The translations under genes were made by a program, and so were the position numbers. From Vicinamibacteria bacterium (GTDB lineage: Bacteria > Acidobacteriota > Vicinamibacteria > Marinacidobacterales > Marinacidobacteraceae), in assembly GCA_964291235.2 (NCBI GenBank), contig OZ219816.1, positions 928,001-992,000 on the forward strand: DNA of 64,000 nucleotides, in the 5' to 3' direction. A model generated the notes under the pieces. The model saw only the letters and a list, made by a program, of their open reading frames with translations, was not told the origin of the DNA and did not search any database. Of the stretch, positions 1-9,475 are shown in pieces (position 1 is the stretch's first letter; each line of letters starts with the position of its first letter).

Positions 1-286
1 GGAAGGGGTGGCGGTTCGGGTGAGCTCCCATCCGCTGGCGCAGGCCCTTGCCGACGCGGTGGGCCACCCGGTGATCTCGACGAGCGCCAATCCAAGCGGC
101 GCCCCGCCGCTCACCACCGCGCAGGCGGTTCGTGAGGTCTTCACCGCGCAAAGGGGGGAGAACCTCCGGATCCTGGATGGAGGCCGGACCCCGGGCGGCC
201 AGCCCTCCACCATCGTCGATCTGACCGGCGAGGCGCCCCGGGTCCTCCGAGGAACGCTCCGCCCCCCGCTGGAGTCATCGGGATAA
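1..286 (+). CDS. tsaC: L-threonylcarbamoyladenylate synthase (Sua5/YrdC), C-terminal part, 5' truncated by the window
   Basis: AVRVSSHP, STSANPSG and PSTIVDL..RVLRG motifs of the YrdC domain. Confidence 0.9.
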   Translation, partial: EGVAVRVSSHPLAQALADAVGHPVISTSANPSGAPPLTTAQAVREVFTAQRGENLRILDGGRTPGGQPSTIVDLTGEAPRVLRGTLRPPLESSG

Positions 287-326
287 CGAAGGAGCGCCGG
301 CCTCTGGCCGGCATCGCGGCCGCAGG

Positions 327-1238
327 CTAGTCCCCCGAGGGGCTGTCGGTGGCTCCAAACCGCCGGACGAAGTCCTGTTGTTCCGGCGTGAGGTCTTTGG
401 GGACGGTGATCCGGACCCGAGCGACCAGGTCGCCACGATCCCCGCCGGGGCGGGGCATTCCGCGGCCCGGAACGCGGAGCGCCGCACCGCCGGATATCCC
501 GGCGGGAACGCGTATGCGCACCGGTTCGCCGAGGGTGGGAACCTCGACTTCGCCCCCGAGGGCGGCGGTGGCGAAACGAATCGCGATCTCCACTTCGAGG
601 TTGTCCCCGTCGCGCCGAAACTGCGGGTGCTCCGCGACGCGCACCACGATCATCGAATCCCCGTCCGGGGTCCGGACCTTCAGCCGCGCCCCATCCCGGA
701 CCCCGGCGGGGATGCGGACCCGGTACGACCCGCCCTGACTCGTGTGGAGCTGACGAAGCGCCCCCCGGTATGCCTCATCGAGACTGATCTCCACGGCGCC
801 TGACCGCCCGCCTGCTCCCGCGGCCGGCCCGGGTGGGCGGTAGCGGGAGGAGGGCGGCCAGCCGGATGTCCGGCGCGCGCCCTCCAGCGGGCCGAAAGGC
901 GAGTCCGGGCCGAACAGATGCAGGAAGAAACTCGAGAAATCACCGAAGGCCTGCGGGTCGGGTCGCGCCCCGCGGCCGGCTCCGGTGGGCCGCGCCCGGG
1001 AACCACCCAGCTGGCGAGCCCAGTCGGGCCCCAATTGGTCATACCGCCGGCGCCGTTCCGGATCCGAGAGCACCTCGTATGCCTCTCCGATCTCCTTGAA
1101 CCGGTCCGCGGCTTCGCGGTCTCCGGGATTCAGGTCGGGGTGATGTTTGCGTGCGAGTCGGCGGTACGCCTGTTTGATCGCGGTGGCGTCGGCCTGTTTT
1201 CCAACTCCCAGGACGGCGTAGTAGTCGCGGTACTTCAA
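327..1238 (-). CDS. DnaJ-class co-chaperone (CbpA-like, no zinc finger)
   Basis: N-terminal J domain (DYYAVLGV, HPD, AYEVLSD), G/F-rich linker and DnaJ C-terminal domain; no CxxCxGxG repeats; TTG start. Confidence 0.92.
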   Translation of the reverse strand: MKYRDYYAVLGVGKQADATAIKQAYRRLARKHHPDLNPGDREAADRFKEIGEAYEVLSDPERRRRYDQLGPDWARQLGGSRARPTGAGRGARPDPQAFGDFSSFFLHLFGPDSPFGPLEGARRTSGWPPSSRYRPPGPAAGAGGRSGAVEISLDEAYRGALRQLHTSQGGSYRVRIPAGVRDGARLKVRTPDGDSMIVVRVAEHPQFRRDGDNLEVEIAIRFATAALGGEVEVPTLGEPVRIRVPAGISGGAALRVPGRGMPRPGGDRGDLVARVRITVPKDLTPEQQDFVRRFGATDSPSGD

Positions 1239-1279
1239 CGGGAGTCCGGCGCAGCGGGGCAGCCGCCGGAAAGGCGGCG

Positions 1280-3751
1280 CTATTGCATCGGCAGTCGATC
1301 GGGCGCCGGCCCCGCAGCGATCGTCGGGGCAGGGGCAAGGTCGGGGAAGATGATCGGGAGCGTTTCCTCCAGGCTGGAGACGAGGTGGATCTGCAGTGCA
1401 TCCCGGACTTCGTCCGGGACATCTTCGATCAGGGCGCCCTCATTCAGCCGGGGCAAGATCACTTCCCGGATGCCGTAGCGATGGGCGGCGAGCAGTTTTT
1501 CCTTGATCCCGCCGACCGGGAGCACGTGACCGGTCAGGGTGATTTCGCCGGTCATGGCGAGTTCGGGACGACACACGGTGTCGGTGAGGACCGAAACCAG
1601 GGCCGCCACCAGCGTGATTCCCGCGGAGGGCCCATCCTTGGGGGTGGAACCTTCCGGCACGTGGAAATGGATGTCCGACTTCCGGTAGAACCCGGTCTGG
1701 ATACCGAAGGCCGCCCCGTGCTGCCTCACCCAGGAGAGCGCGGCGGTCGCCGACTCCTTCATGACGTCGCCGAGCTGACCGGTCATCGTCAGCCGGGTGC
1801 TGCCCCTCATGCGGGACGCCTCCGCGAAGAGGATGTCTCCTCCCACGGGCGTCCAGGCGAGTCCCACGGCCACTCCCGGCACGCTGACGCGTTCCACGAG
1901 TTCCCGTGAGAGGGAGGTCGGTGCGCCCAGGAGTTCACTTACCACTTCGGGGGTCACCTGGAGTGGACCTTCCTCTCCCTCGGCGAGTTTCCGGACCGCC
2001 TTCCGGCAGATCTTCGCGATGGACCGTTCCATGTTCCGGAGGCCCGCCTCCCGGGTGTAGTCCCGGATGATGAGGGCGAGCGATTCCCGCTCGAACACCG
2101 GCTGGTCGGCTTCTTCGTCGAGTCCGTGGTTCTCCAACTGACGCGGAATGAGGTGGCGGGTTGCGATCTGGATCTTTTCTTCCTCGGTGTAGCCCTGCAG
2201 GTGGAGGATCTCCATCCGGTCCTTGAGGGCGGGCGGCACCGGATCCATCATGTTCGCGGTCGCGATGAAGAGGACATCGGAGAGGTCGAACGCCAGATCG
2301 AGGTAGTGGTCCCGGAAGGTGTCGTTCTGCTCGGGATCGAGAACCTCGAGGAGCGCCGAACTTGGGTCGCCGCGGAAGTCCATTCCGAGCTTGTCCACCT
2401 CGTCCAGCATGAAGACGGGGTTGCGGGTGCCGGCTCGTACCAGGCCCTGAATGATCTGCCCCGGCAGCGCTCCGATGTAGGTCCGCCGATGTCCGCGGAT
2501 TTCGGCCTCGTCGCGGATTCCGCCGAGGCTGAGGCGGACGAATTCGCGCCCGACCGCCTTCGCGATGGACCGGCCGAGGCTCGTCTTGCCGACGCCCGGC
2601 GGTCCCGCAAAGCAGAGGATGGGGCCCTTCTGGTCCGGTTTTCTCTCCCGCACCGCCAGGAATTCCAGGATGCGGTCCTTGACCTTCTCAAGATCGTAGT
2701 GGTCGGCTTCCAGAATGTCCTTGGCGCGCGGAATGTCGTACTTGTCTTCGGTCCGCTTGTCCCACGGAACCCGGACGAGCCAATCCAGGTACGTCCGCCC
2801 CACGGTGTATTCCGCGGACGCGGGGGGGATCCGGCCGAGTCGCCGGAACTCACGCAGGGCTTCTTTCTCCGCCTCCTCGGGCATTCCGGCCTTCTCGATC
2901 TTCTCCCGGAGTTCGTCCATCTCCTTCGTGGAGTCGTCCCCCTCGCCCAGCTCCTTCTGGATCGCCTTCATCTGCTCGCGCAAGAAGAACTCGCGCTGCG
3001 TCCGGCCGACTTCGCTCTTCACCTTGGACTCGATGCTGCGCCCGAGATCCCGCACCTGCTTTTCGCGCAGGATCGCTGCGTAGGCGAGTCCCAGCCGATC
3101 CTCGATGGACAGCGTCTGGAGGATCTCCTGCCGCATCTCGGTGTTGAGACTCGGCAGTTGCTCGGCGACGAAATCGGCCAACTGGCCGGCGCTACCGACG
3201 CGGGCAAGCTGCGTCTTCATGACTTCCCGGGCGCGGGAGAAGAGATCGGTCTTGATCATCTCCTGAAGCTCTTCGCGGATCTTCCGGGTCAGCGCTTCGA
3301 ACTCCACCGTCTTGTTCGCGCCCACCGTTCCATCCAGGACCCGGATGTCGGCGCGGACGTAGGGCTCCGTCTGCACGATCCTTTCGACCCGGAACCGGAA
3401 GCTGCCCCGAATCACGATTCGCACCGTGCCTTCCCGCATCCGCACCTGCTTTTCGAGGCGCGCCGCGGTGCCCACCCGGTAGAGGTCGTCCTCGCCGGGG
3501 TGTTCCACCTCTTCGTCCTTCTGGGTGAGAACGGCGAGCATGACCTTTCCGGTCCCCGACGGATCGGCCTCGGCCGCCTCGCGCGTCGCATCGCGCAGCA
3601 TCTGGATCGTGCTCTTGCGCCCGACGGAGAGCGGCAGGAAGGAATGCGGGAACACCACGATGTCCTTGAGCGGCAGGACCGGCACCATGCGGTGCACCTG
3701 GCCCTGTGGCGAACCTGAGTCGGTTGCGGCGCCTATCACCGGATCGGACAT
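1280..3751 (-). CDS. lon: ATP-dependent Lon protease
   Basis: Lon N domain, Walker A GPPGVGKT, RRTYIGALPG, catalytic DGPSAG and GGIKEK; start moved to MSDPVIG (3751), uncertain. Confidence 0.97.
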   Translation of the reverse strand: MSDPVIGAATDSGSPQGQVHRMVPVLPLKDIVVFPHSFLPLSVGRKSTIQMLRDATREAAEADPSGTGKVMLAVLTQKDEEVEHPGEDDLYRVGTAARLEKQVRMREGTVRIVIRGSFRFRVERIVQTEPYVRADIRVLDGTVGANKTVEFEALTRKIREELQEMIKTDLFSRAREVMKTQLARVGSAGQLADFVAEQLPSLNTEMRQEILQTLSIEDRLGLAYAAILREKQVRDLGRSIESKVKSEVGRTQREFFLREQMKAIQKELGEGDDSTKEMDELREKIEKAGMPEEAEKEALREFRRLGRIPPASAEYTVGRTYLDWLVRVPWDKRTEDKYDIPRAKDILEADHYDLEKVKDRILEFLAVRERKPDQKGPILCFAGPPGVGKTSLGRSIAKAVGREFVRLSLGGIRDEAEIRGHRRTYIGALPGQIIQGLVRAGTRNPVFMLDEVDKLGMDFRGDPSSALLEVLDPEQNDTFRDHYLDLAFDLSDVLFIATANMMDPVPPALKDRMEILHLQGYTEEEKIQIATRHLIPRQLENHGLDEEADQPVFERESLALIIRDYTREAGLRNMERSIAKICRKAVRKLAEGEEGPLQVTPEVVSELLGAPTSLSRELVERVSVPGVAVGLAWTPVGGDILFAEASRMRGSTRLTMTGQLGDVMKESATAALSWVRQHGAAFGIQTGFYRKSDIHFHVPEGSTPKDGPSAGITLVAALVSVLTDTVCRPELAMTGEITLTGHVLPVGGIKEKLLAAHRYGIREVILPRLNEGALIEDVPDEVRDALQIHLVSSLEETLPIIFPDLAPAPTIAAGPAPDRLPMQ

Positions 3752-3839
3752 CGGAGCTTGCCTCCCTCGAATGCAGCGGGTGGGCGGCCGGAGCCACCAC
3801 CCGGAGAGCACGTCCCGGCTTGCACCGGAACGCTCCATG

Positions 3840-3960
3840 AGCCTAGCACAGGGTACCCGTTGTTGCGCGATACCTTGTCAAGATAGGAATAAGTCATTGA
3901 TAACACATGCACTAGATCAAGCCGGAATGTCGCATAAAGCTTAGTCAATCGTTGTTAGGT
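3840..3960 (-). promoter_or_regulatory. AT-rich lon-dnaJ upstream region with candidate operator
   Basis: Much more AT-rich than its surroundings; TTGAT-N14-ATCAA inverted repeat 3897-3920; TTGACA (3876-3881, minus); TGn-TAGGCT (3840-3845, minus). Confidence 0.5.
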
Positions 3961-3965
3961 TCCGA

Positions 3966-4418
3966 TCAGCCGAAGGTCACTTCATCCGGGAGCTCGTTCA
4001 CGTCGTCGGGCTGAATCGGAAAGTGCAAGGAGAGGAAGCCCCCGATGCGGCGGATGCCGTGTTCGAGGCCATCTCCGATGCCGTTTTCGCGGATATGGCT
4101 CGTGATTTCAACCGCGATGTCCTCCCATGACTCCTCACCGACCTTGTCGTTGATCGCCCGGTCGGCCACGATTTCGAACCGGTGCGACCGGACCGCGAGG
4201 AACAGCAGCACTCCGGAGCCGTCCTTCGTGCGGTCCACGCCCAGCCGGAAGAACTCGCGGATGGCGCGCTTCCGCGCGTTTTCCAGCGGCAGGAGCCGGG
4301 AGACGATGTGGACCCGCAGTTCGCCGGCAGTCCCCCGCTCCGCTTCGCCGATGGCGGCGGCGATGCGGTCGAGATCCTCTTCGGACAGTTGCGAGCGGAG
4401 GCGCTTGGGAACGCGCAT
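3966..4418 (-). CDS. TPM domain (DUF477) protein, small member of the LemA operon
   Basis: AIGEAERGTAGELRVHI, GVLLFLA...FEIVADRAIN, DDVNELPDEV; start at MRVPKRL because the longer ORF overlaps the upstream gene. Confidence 0.9.
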   Translation of the reverse strand: MRVPKRLRSQLSEEDLDRIAAAIGEAERGTAGELRVHIVSRLLPLENARKRAIREFFRLGVDRTKDGSGVLLFLAVRSHRFEIVADRAINDKVGEESWEDIAVEITSHIRENGIGDGLEHGIRRIGGFLSLHFPIQPDDVNELPDEVTFG

Positions 4419-4437
4419 GAGGTGTCTTCGCCTTTCC

Positions 4438-5358
4438 TTACCAGCTCCCGCTGGCGCCGCCTCCACCGAAACCGCCGCCGCCACCGACGAAGCCGCCAAA
4501 GCCACCGCCGCCGAAGCCGCCGCGGAATCCCGAAGATCCGAGGAGCATTCCTCCGCCACCCGGAACGCCCCCGTAACCCCAGGCGCCGGTTCTGCCGGCG
4601 GTAGCCCGGGTAAACGCAGTGGCGCCGAAGCCGGAGAGGAGGCCGAGCGGGACGAGCCAGAAGAGAGATCCGGCTCCGATGAGCAGGATGCCCAGCAGCG
4701 CCCCGATTCCGCCTCCGGCCGCGGCGGCCCCGGCGGGGTGGAAGGCGTTGCCGAGGTAGCCGAGGAACTGGAAGAGCAGGAGAATCCCCACCAGCACCAG
4801 GGTCGAGACTCCCCGGCGGCCCGGGCGCCGGGCTCGGGGATTCATCGGATTGGCGGCCGCCTGGTACTCACCGCGAGCCGCCTGCGCGAGTGCTGTCGCG
4901 GTGGCGCCGAAACCGCCCGCGAAATCACCGGCGGCGAGCCGCGGAGCGAGTTCGTCGCGGAGGATCCGTCCGGCCAGCCCGTCGGGAATCACCGCCTCCA
5001 GCCCGTAGCCGACCTCGATGCGCGCCCGGCGATCCTCCCGGGAAACCACGATGAGCGCGCCGTTGTCGGTCTCCGCCTGTCCGATTCCCCACGCCTCCGC
5101 GAGACGCAGGCTGAAGTCTTCGATGGCCCCCTCGATCCGCGGTACGGTGGCCACCACGAGTTGCACTGACGTCTCGGATTCGAGGCGCGCCAGAAACTCC
5201 TCGAGCTGGGCTTCTTCGGCGGGCGACAGGAAATCCGCTTCGTCCACCACCCAACCCGCTCGCTCCGGCAGGGGCGTCTCCTGTGCCGGTGCCGTCACCG
5301 CCGCAACAAGACAGATCCCGGCCGCTGCCAGAGCGCGGGGGACGAATTTGTGGATCAA
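4438..5358 (-). CDS. TPM domain membrane protein (YgcG-like) with Gly-rich tail
   Basis: Signal peptide, VVDEADFLS, RIEVGYGLEAVIPDG, TM helices, GGGGFGGGGASGSW end. Confidence 0.92.
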   Translation of the reverse strand: MIHKFVPRALAAAGICLVAAVTAPAQETPLPERAGWVVDEADFLSPAEEAQLEEFLARLESETSVQLVVATVPRIEGAIEDFSLRLAEAWGIGQAETDNGALIVVSREDRRARIEVGYGLEAVIPDGLAGRILRDELAPRLAAGDFAGGFGATATALAQAARGEYQAAANPMNPRARRPGRRGVSTLVLVGILLLFQFLGYLGNAFHPAGAAAAGGGIGALLGILLIGAGSLFWLVPLGLLSGFGATAFTRATAGRTGAWGYGGVPGGGGMLLGSSGFRGGFGGGGFGGFVGGGGGFGGGGASGSW

Positions 5359-5972
5359 CGGGTGAAGTCCACCTCAGGCGCGGTCTCGGCCCCCTCTTCA
5401 GCCTCGAAGTAGGCGGCTTCTCCAAAATCGAACCATCCGGCGATCATCTGGGTGAAGAACCCGCGTCGGCGGGTGTTGTACGCCTGCGCGGCTTCGTTGA
5501 AGCGCCGCCGTTCGACGGCAATCCGGTTTTCGGTGCCCGCCAGTTCGTCCTGCAAGCTCAGAAAGTTCTGGTTCGCCTTGATGTCCGGGTAGCGCTCGAC
5601 GACGACCATCAAGCGGGAGAGGGCGCTCGATAGCGCACCCTGAGCGGCCTCGAAACGGGCGAGGGCCTGCGGGTTTTGCAGGTCGTTCGCCGACACCTGG
5701 ACGCCGGTAGCCCGGGATCTGGCGGAAATGACGGCTTCCAGGGTTTCCCGTTCGAAATCGGCTGCGCCCTGCACCGTCGCGACCAGGTTCGGCACCAGGT
5801 CCGCGCGCCGCTGATAGACGTTTTCCACCTGTGACCAACCGGCGGCCACCCCCTCGTCGAGAGTGACGAGGCTGTTGTAGGTGGAGCGAAGCCCGAAGAA
5901 GAGGATGATGGCTCCAAGCAAGAGCGCGGCGAGGGCCGCGCCGCAGCCGAGGAGAGCGAGTTTCTTGTTCAT
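5355..5972 (-). CDS. lemA: LemA family protein
   Basis: YQRRADLVPNLV, ERYPDIKANQNF, LAGTENRIAVERRRFN. Confidence 0.96.
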   Translation of the reverse strand: MNKKLALLGCGAALAALLLGAIILFFGLRSTYNSLVTLDEGVAAGWSQVENVYQRRADLVPNLVATVQGAADFERETLEAVISARSRATGVQVSANDLQNPQALARFEAAQGALSSALSRLMVVVERYPDIKANQNFLSLQDELAGTENRIAVERRRFNEAAQAYNTRRRGFFTQMIAGWFDFGEAAYFEAEEGAETAPEVDFTR

Positions 5973-6086
5973 GAAGCGATTGGATCGGAGAAGGGTAGGA
6001 GGACCGGGTCCACGGGTTGCCTGCGGCCTCCATCCGGAAGCATAGGAGAAGCGGCGGCGCCTCGGTCCGGCTGCGGGCGGGACCGA

Positions 6087-8423
6087 TTAGCGATCGTAGC
6101 CGGTCAAGGGTTCGGTGCCGGGGAGGAAAGCCTCGAGAATCGTGTTGGGTCCGCCGTCCGAGGGCTGTCCGCTCTCGAGATCGATCGGGACCAGCGCCAC
6201 CGTGGGAGGAGCGGGAAAGCCGTGTCGCGGAGGATCGGGGCGTCCGTCCTCCATGAAACGGACCCAGGCCGGCAGCGCCACCCGGGCGCCGCTCTCCCGA
6301 TCTCCCAGCGTTTCATTGCCGTCGTTACCGATCCAGACCCCGGCGGAGATCTCGGGATCGAAGCCGACGAACCAGGCGTCCGTGAACTCGTTCGTGGTGC
6401 CGGTCTTTCCCGCAACCGGCCGGCCGAGCCGGCGCGCCCCGACGGCAGTCCCGCGCGCCACGACTCCTTCCAGGAGATGCGTGATCACGTACGCGAGGTC
6501 AGCAGGAATCACCGACGCGGTTTCGGGATGGAAACGCTCCAGTTCGCGCCCGTCGCGGTCCGTGATCCGGGAGACGAAAAAGGGCTCCATCCGAACGCCC
6601 TGGTTCGGAAACGCGCTGTAGGCGGAAACCATCTCCAGCAGGGTAACGCCGCTCGAGCCCAGCGTGATCGAGAGCACCGGGAGGAGTTCTCCCCGAATTC
6701 CGAGGCGGCGCGCCAGCGCGACGACGCTCTCGGGTCCGATGTCGTGCACCATCCGCACCGCCGGCACGTTTCGTGAACCCTCGAACGCGTTCCGCATCGT
6801 GATCCAGCCGAGGTACTCGTCGTCGTAGTTCTGAGGTTGGTAAGGCTTGTCGCTGACCGGATCGATCCAGGTGAACGGTTCGTCCAGCAACAGGGACGTG
6901 GGAGCGAGCCTCCCGGTGGCGAGGGCCGCTCCGTAGGCGAACGGCTTGAACGAGGACCCCGGCTGCCGGCGGGCCTGGAGCGCCCGGTTGAATTCGCTGC
7001 GTTCGAAGTCGAACCCGCCGACCACGGCGCGGATGGCGCCCGTCGCGATCTCGAGCGCGAGAAAAGCCCCCTCGGTCAGGGGTTCCTGTTCCAGGCTGAC
7101 GACGAGCGGTGCTTCCAGATTGAGCCGGCCCTCGCCGGCGGCATCGGGGGTCTCGGCGGGGGTTTCGGCCGCAGCCGGCTCGAAGTCATTGGCCTGAATG
7201 CGGAACCAGCCCACGTCCCCGACCCGGAAGAGCGCTTCCGGGGTCTGGAAGGTCCAGCGCAACGAGTCCGGTTCCACCCGCGCCCGGTAGTCCGCAATCC
7301 GGATCTCCGGCTCGGGACCCGCGGCGGTTACCACTCCGCGCACGACCGAACCGATGGCGAGCGGGGCGTTCCAGGAAGCGTGTCCGTACGCCGCCGGATC
7401 CGCTCCGGCATCGAGCACGTTCTCCTCGAATCCCCGGAACCCCTGCCGTTTGTCGTGGGCGCGCAGCGCCAGCTCCACCGATCCGTTCGCGGAGCGCTGC
7501 ATGTCGCTGTCGAGCGTGGTGTAAACGCGCAGCCCGCCCCGGTAGGTCCGCGAGTCTCCGTAGTGGTCCCGCAGGTATCCGCGCACCATCTCCATGAAGT
7601 GCGGCGCGAAAGGATCGCTGCCGCGGGAGCGGAGACGGATGGGTTGTTCCCGGGCCGCTGCTGCCGCTTCCGGCGACAGGAAGTCCTCGGCGATCATCCG
7701 ATCCAGCACGATGTCCCGGCGCTGCTGGGCTGCGTCCAGGCTCCGAAACGGATTGAAGCGGCTGGGGTTGGGTGCGACGCCGACGAGCATGGCGGCCTCG
7801 CCCACGGACAGCTCGGACGCGCTCTTTTCCAGGTAGAACTGCGCGGCGGCCTCGATTCCCTGGTTGTTGTAACCCAGGAACACCTGGTTGGCGTAGAAGG
7901 TGAGGATCTCCTCCTTCCGGTACGCCCTTTCGATGCGGAATGCGGTGATGGCCTCCTTGATCTTCCGTTCGAGCGTTTCCTCGCGGTTCAGGAACAGATC
8001 GCGGGCGACCTGCTGGGTAATGGTGCTGGCGCCGGAGACAATGCGTCCCGTCCGGTAGTTGTCCCAAAGCGCCCGGGCGATCCCGATCGGGTCGAATCCG
8101 AAGTGGCTCCAGAATCGCTGGTCTTCGGAGGCGACGAACGCGTCCCGCAGGTGCTGGGGCAGATCGCCGTATTCGATCTCGGTGCGGCGTTCGACCGCGA
8201 ACTGTCCGATTTCGCCCCCGTGACGGTCATAGACGATGGTGGTCGCCGTGCCCTCGTAGGCCTCGAGTTCCTCGATCAGCGGGACATCGCTCTGGTAGGC
8301 GGCGAGCAGTCCCAGCATGGCGCCGGCGATCGCGCTGGCGGCGAACAGGAAGACCACGATCACCACGCGGGCCAGCTGGCGGCCCGAGGTGGCTCGGCGG
8401 AGCGGCAGGGGGGACCGGGGCAT
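6087..8423 (-). CDS. Class A penicillin-binding protein (PBP1A)
   Basis: TM anchor, transglycosylase EDQRF and GASTITQQ, transpeptidase SSFK, SRN and KTGT motifs. Confidence 0.95.
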   Translation of the reverse strand: MPRSPLPLRRATSGRQLARVVIVVFLFAASAIAGAMLGLLAAYQSDVPLIEELEAYEGTATTIVYDRHGGEIGQFAVERRTEIEYGDLPQHLRDAFVASEDQRFWSHFGFDPIGIARALWDNYRTGRIVSGASTITQQVARDLFLNREETLERKIKEAITAFRIERAYRKEEILTFYANQVFLGYNNQGIEAAAQFYLEKSASELSVGEAAMLVGVAPNPSRFNPFRSLDAAQQRRDIVLDRMIAEDFLSPEAAAAAREQPIRLRSRGSDPFAPHFMEMVRGYLRDHYGDSRTYRGGLRVYTTLDSDMQRSANGSVELALRAHDKRQGFRGFEENVLDAGADPAAYGHASWNAPLAIGSVVRGVVTAAGPEPEIRIADYRARVEPDSLRWTFQTPEALFRVGDVGWFRIQANDFEPAAAETPAETPDAAGEGRLNLEAPLVVSLEQEPLTEGAFLALEIATGAIRAVVGGFDFERSEFNRALQARRQPGSSFKPFAYGAALATGRLAPTSLLLDEPFTWIDPVSDKPYQPQNYDDEYLGWITMRNAFEGSRNVPAVRMVHDIGPESVVALARRLGIRGELLPVLSITLGSSGVTLLEMVSAYSAFPNQGVRMEPFFVSRITDRDGRELERFHPETASVIPADLAYVITHLLEGVVARGTAVGARRLGRPVAGKTGTTNEFTDAWFVGFDPEISAGVWIGNDGNETLGDRESGARVALPAWVRFMEDGRPDPPRHGFPAPPTVALVPIDLESGQPSDGGPNTILEAFLPGTEPLTGYDR

Positions 8424-9353
8424 TCAGGACTTTCCGAGGAGATCCGTCAGCGCCGGCCCGATCTCGGGATGCCGGAAGTCGAAGCCGGATGCGAGCAGGC
8501 GCCGGGGAACCACTCGCTGCCCGGAGAGCAGCAACGCGTCGGCCATCTCACCGAACGCCAGGCGCATCGCGAAGCCCGGCGCCGGAAAGAGGGTCGGCCT
8601 CCGGAGCGCCCGGCCGAGCGCCTTGGTGAATGCGGCGTTCGTGGCGGGGTTCGGGGCCGTGAGGTTGTAGACCGGTTGGAGGGATCCTCCCGGAACCTCC
8701 AGCAGGTGGACCATCGCGGCCGTCACGTCAGCGAGGTGGATCCAGGGCATCCATTGGCGGCCGCTCCCCAGCCGGCCGCCCACTCCCATCCGGAAGGGTG
8801 GCAGCATGGTGGCCAGGGCTCCACCCTTCGGCGAGAGCACGACCCCGATGCGCAACGAGGCGGTCTCGATCCGTGCGTTGCGAGCGCCCCCGGTGGCGTC
8901 TTCCCACTCGGTGCAGACATCGGCGAGGAAGTCACTCCCCGGAGCAGCGTCCTCATCGAGTTCCTCCTCGCCGCGGGCGCCGTAGTATCCGACCGCGGAA
9001 GCCGCCAACAGGCGCGCCGGCGGGTTCGGGGAAGCGTTCAGTGCAGCGACCAGGGTCTGGGTGCCCTCGACCCGACTCTCGCGAATCGCCCGCTTTCTCG
9101 CGGCGGTCCAGCGCTTTCCGACCGGCTCGCCGGCGAGGTGGACCAGCGCGTCCAGTTCCTCCAGCGCGCCGGCGAGGCCGCTGTCGGTTCCACCGGCGTG
9201 GGGATCCCAGCGGACCGAACGAACACCGGCCGGCAGACCCGATACCGCGCCGCTCCGGCGGGTAAACGCCACGATTTCGTGGCCCCGACCGGAAAGTTCC
9301 GACGCGAGCGCCCTGCCGATCAGGCCGGTTGCGCCGGTGATTCCAACTCGCAT
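8424..9353 (-). CDS. TIGR01777/YfcH-like NAD-dependent epimerase family protein
   Basis: GATGLIG Rossmann motif, ESRVEGT, SAVGYYG, GSGRQWMPWIH. Confidence 0.93.
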   Translation of the reverse strand: MRVGITGATGLIGRALASELSGRGHEIVAFTRRSGAVSGLPAGVRSVRWDPHAGGTDSGLAGALEELDALVHLAGEPVGKRWTAARKRAIRESRVEGTQTLVAALNASPNPPARLLAASAVGYYGARGEEELDEDAAPGSDFLADVCTEWEDATGGARNARIETASLRIGVVLSPKGGALATMLPPFRMGVGGRLGSGRQWMPWIHLADVTAAMVHLLEVPGGSLQPVYNLTAPNPATNAAFTKALGRALRRPTLFPAPGFAMRLAFGEMADALLLSGQRVVPRRLLASGFDFRHPEIGPALTDLLGKS

Positions 9354-9400
9354 CCGCAGAGGGATCGGATTCTAGCCCGCGTCCCGTTGCGGGCCGCTGG

Positions 9401-9429
9401 TTGAAGCGGGGAGCCGGGCCCCGCACAAT
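9401..9429 (+). promoter_or_regulatory. Candidate sigma70 promoter for the first S9 peptidase
   Basis: TTGAAG-N17-CACAAT followed by a GGAGG RBS before ATG 9476. Confidence 0.4.
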
Positions 9430-9475
9430 GGGACAATGGTGCGGCACCGTGCTGCCAACCCGGGAGGTTCCCTTT

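Noticed and set aside
3897-3920. FNR box
   Set aside because: Half-sites match TTGAT/ATCAA but the spacer is 14 nt rather than 4
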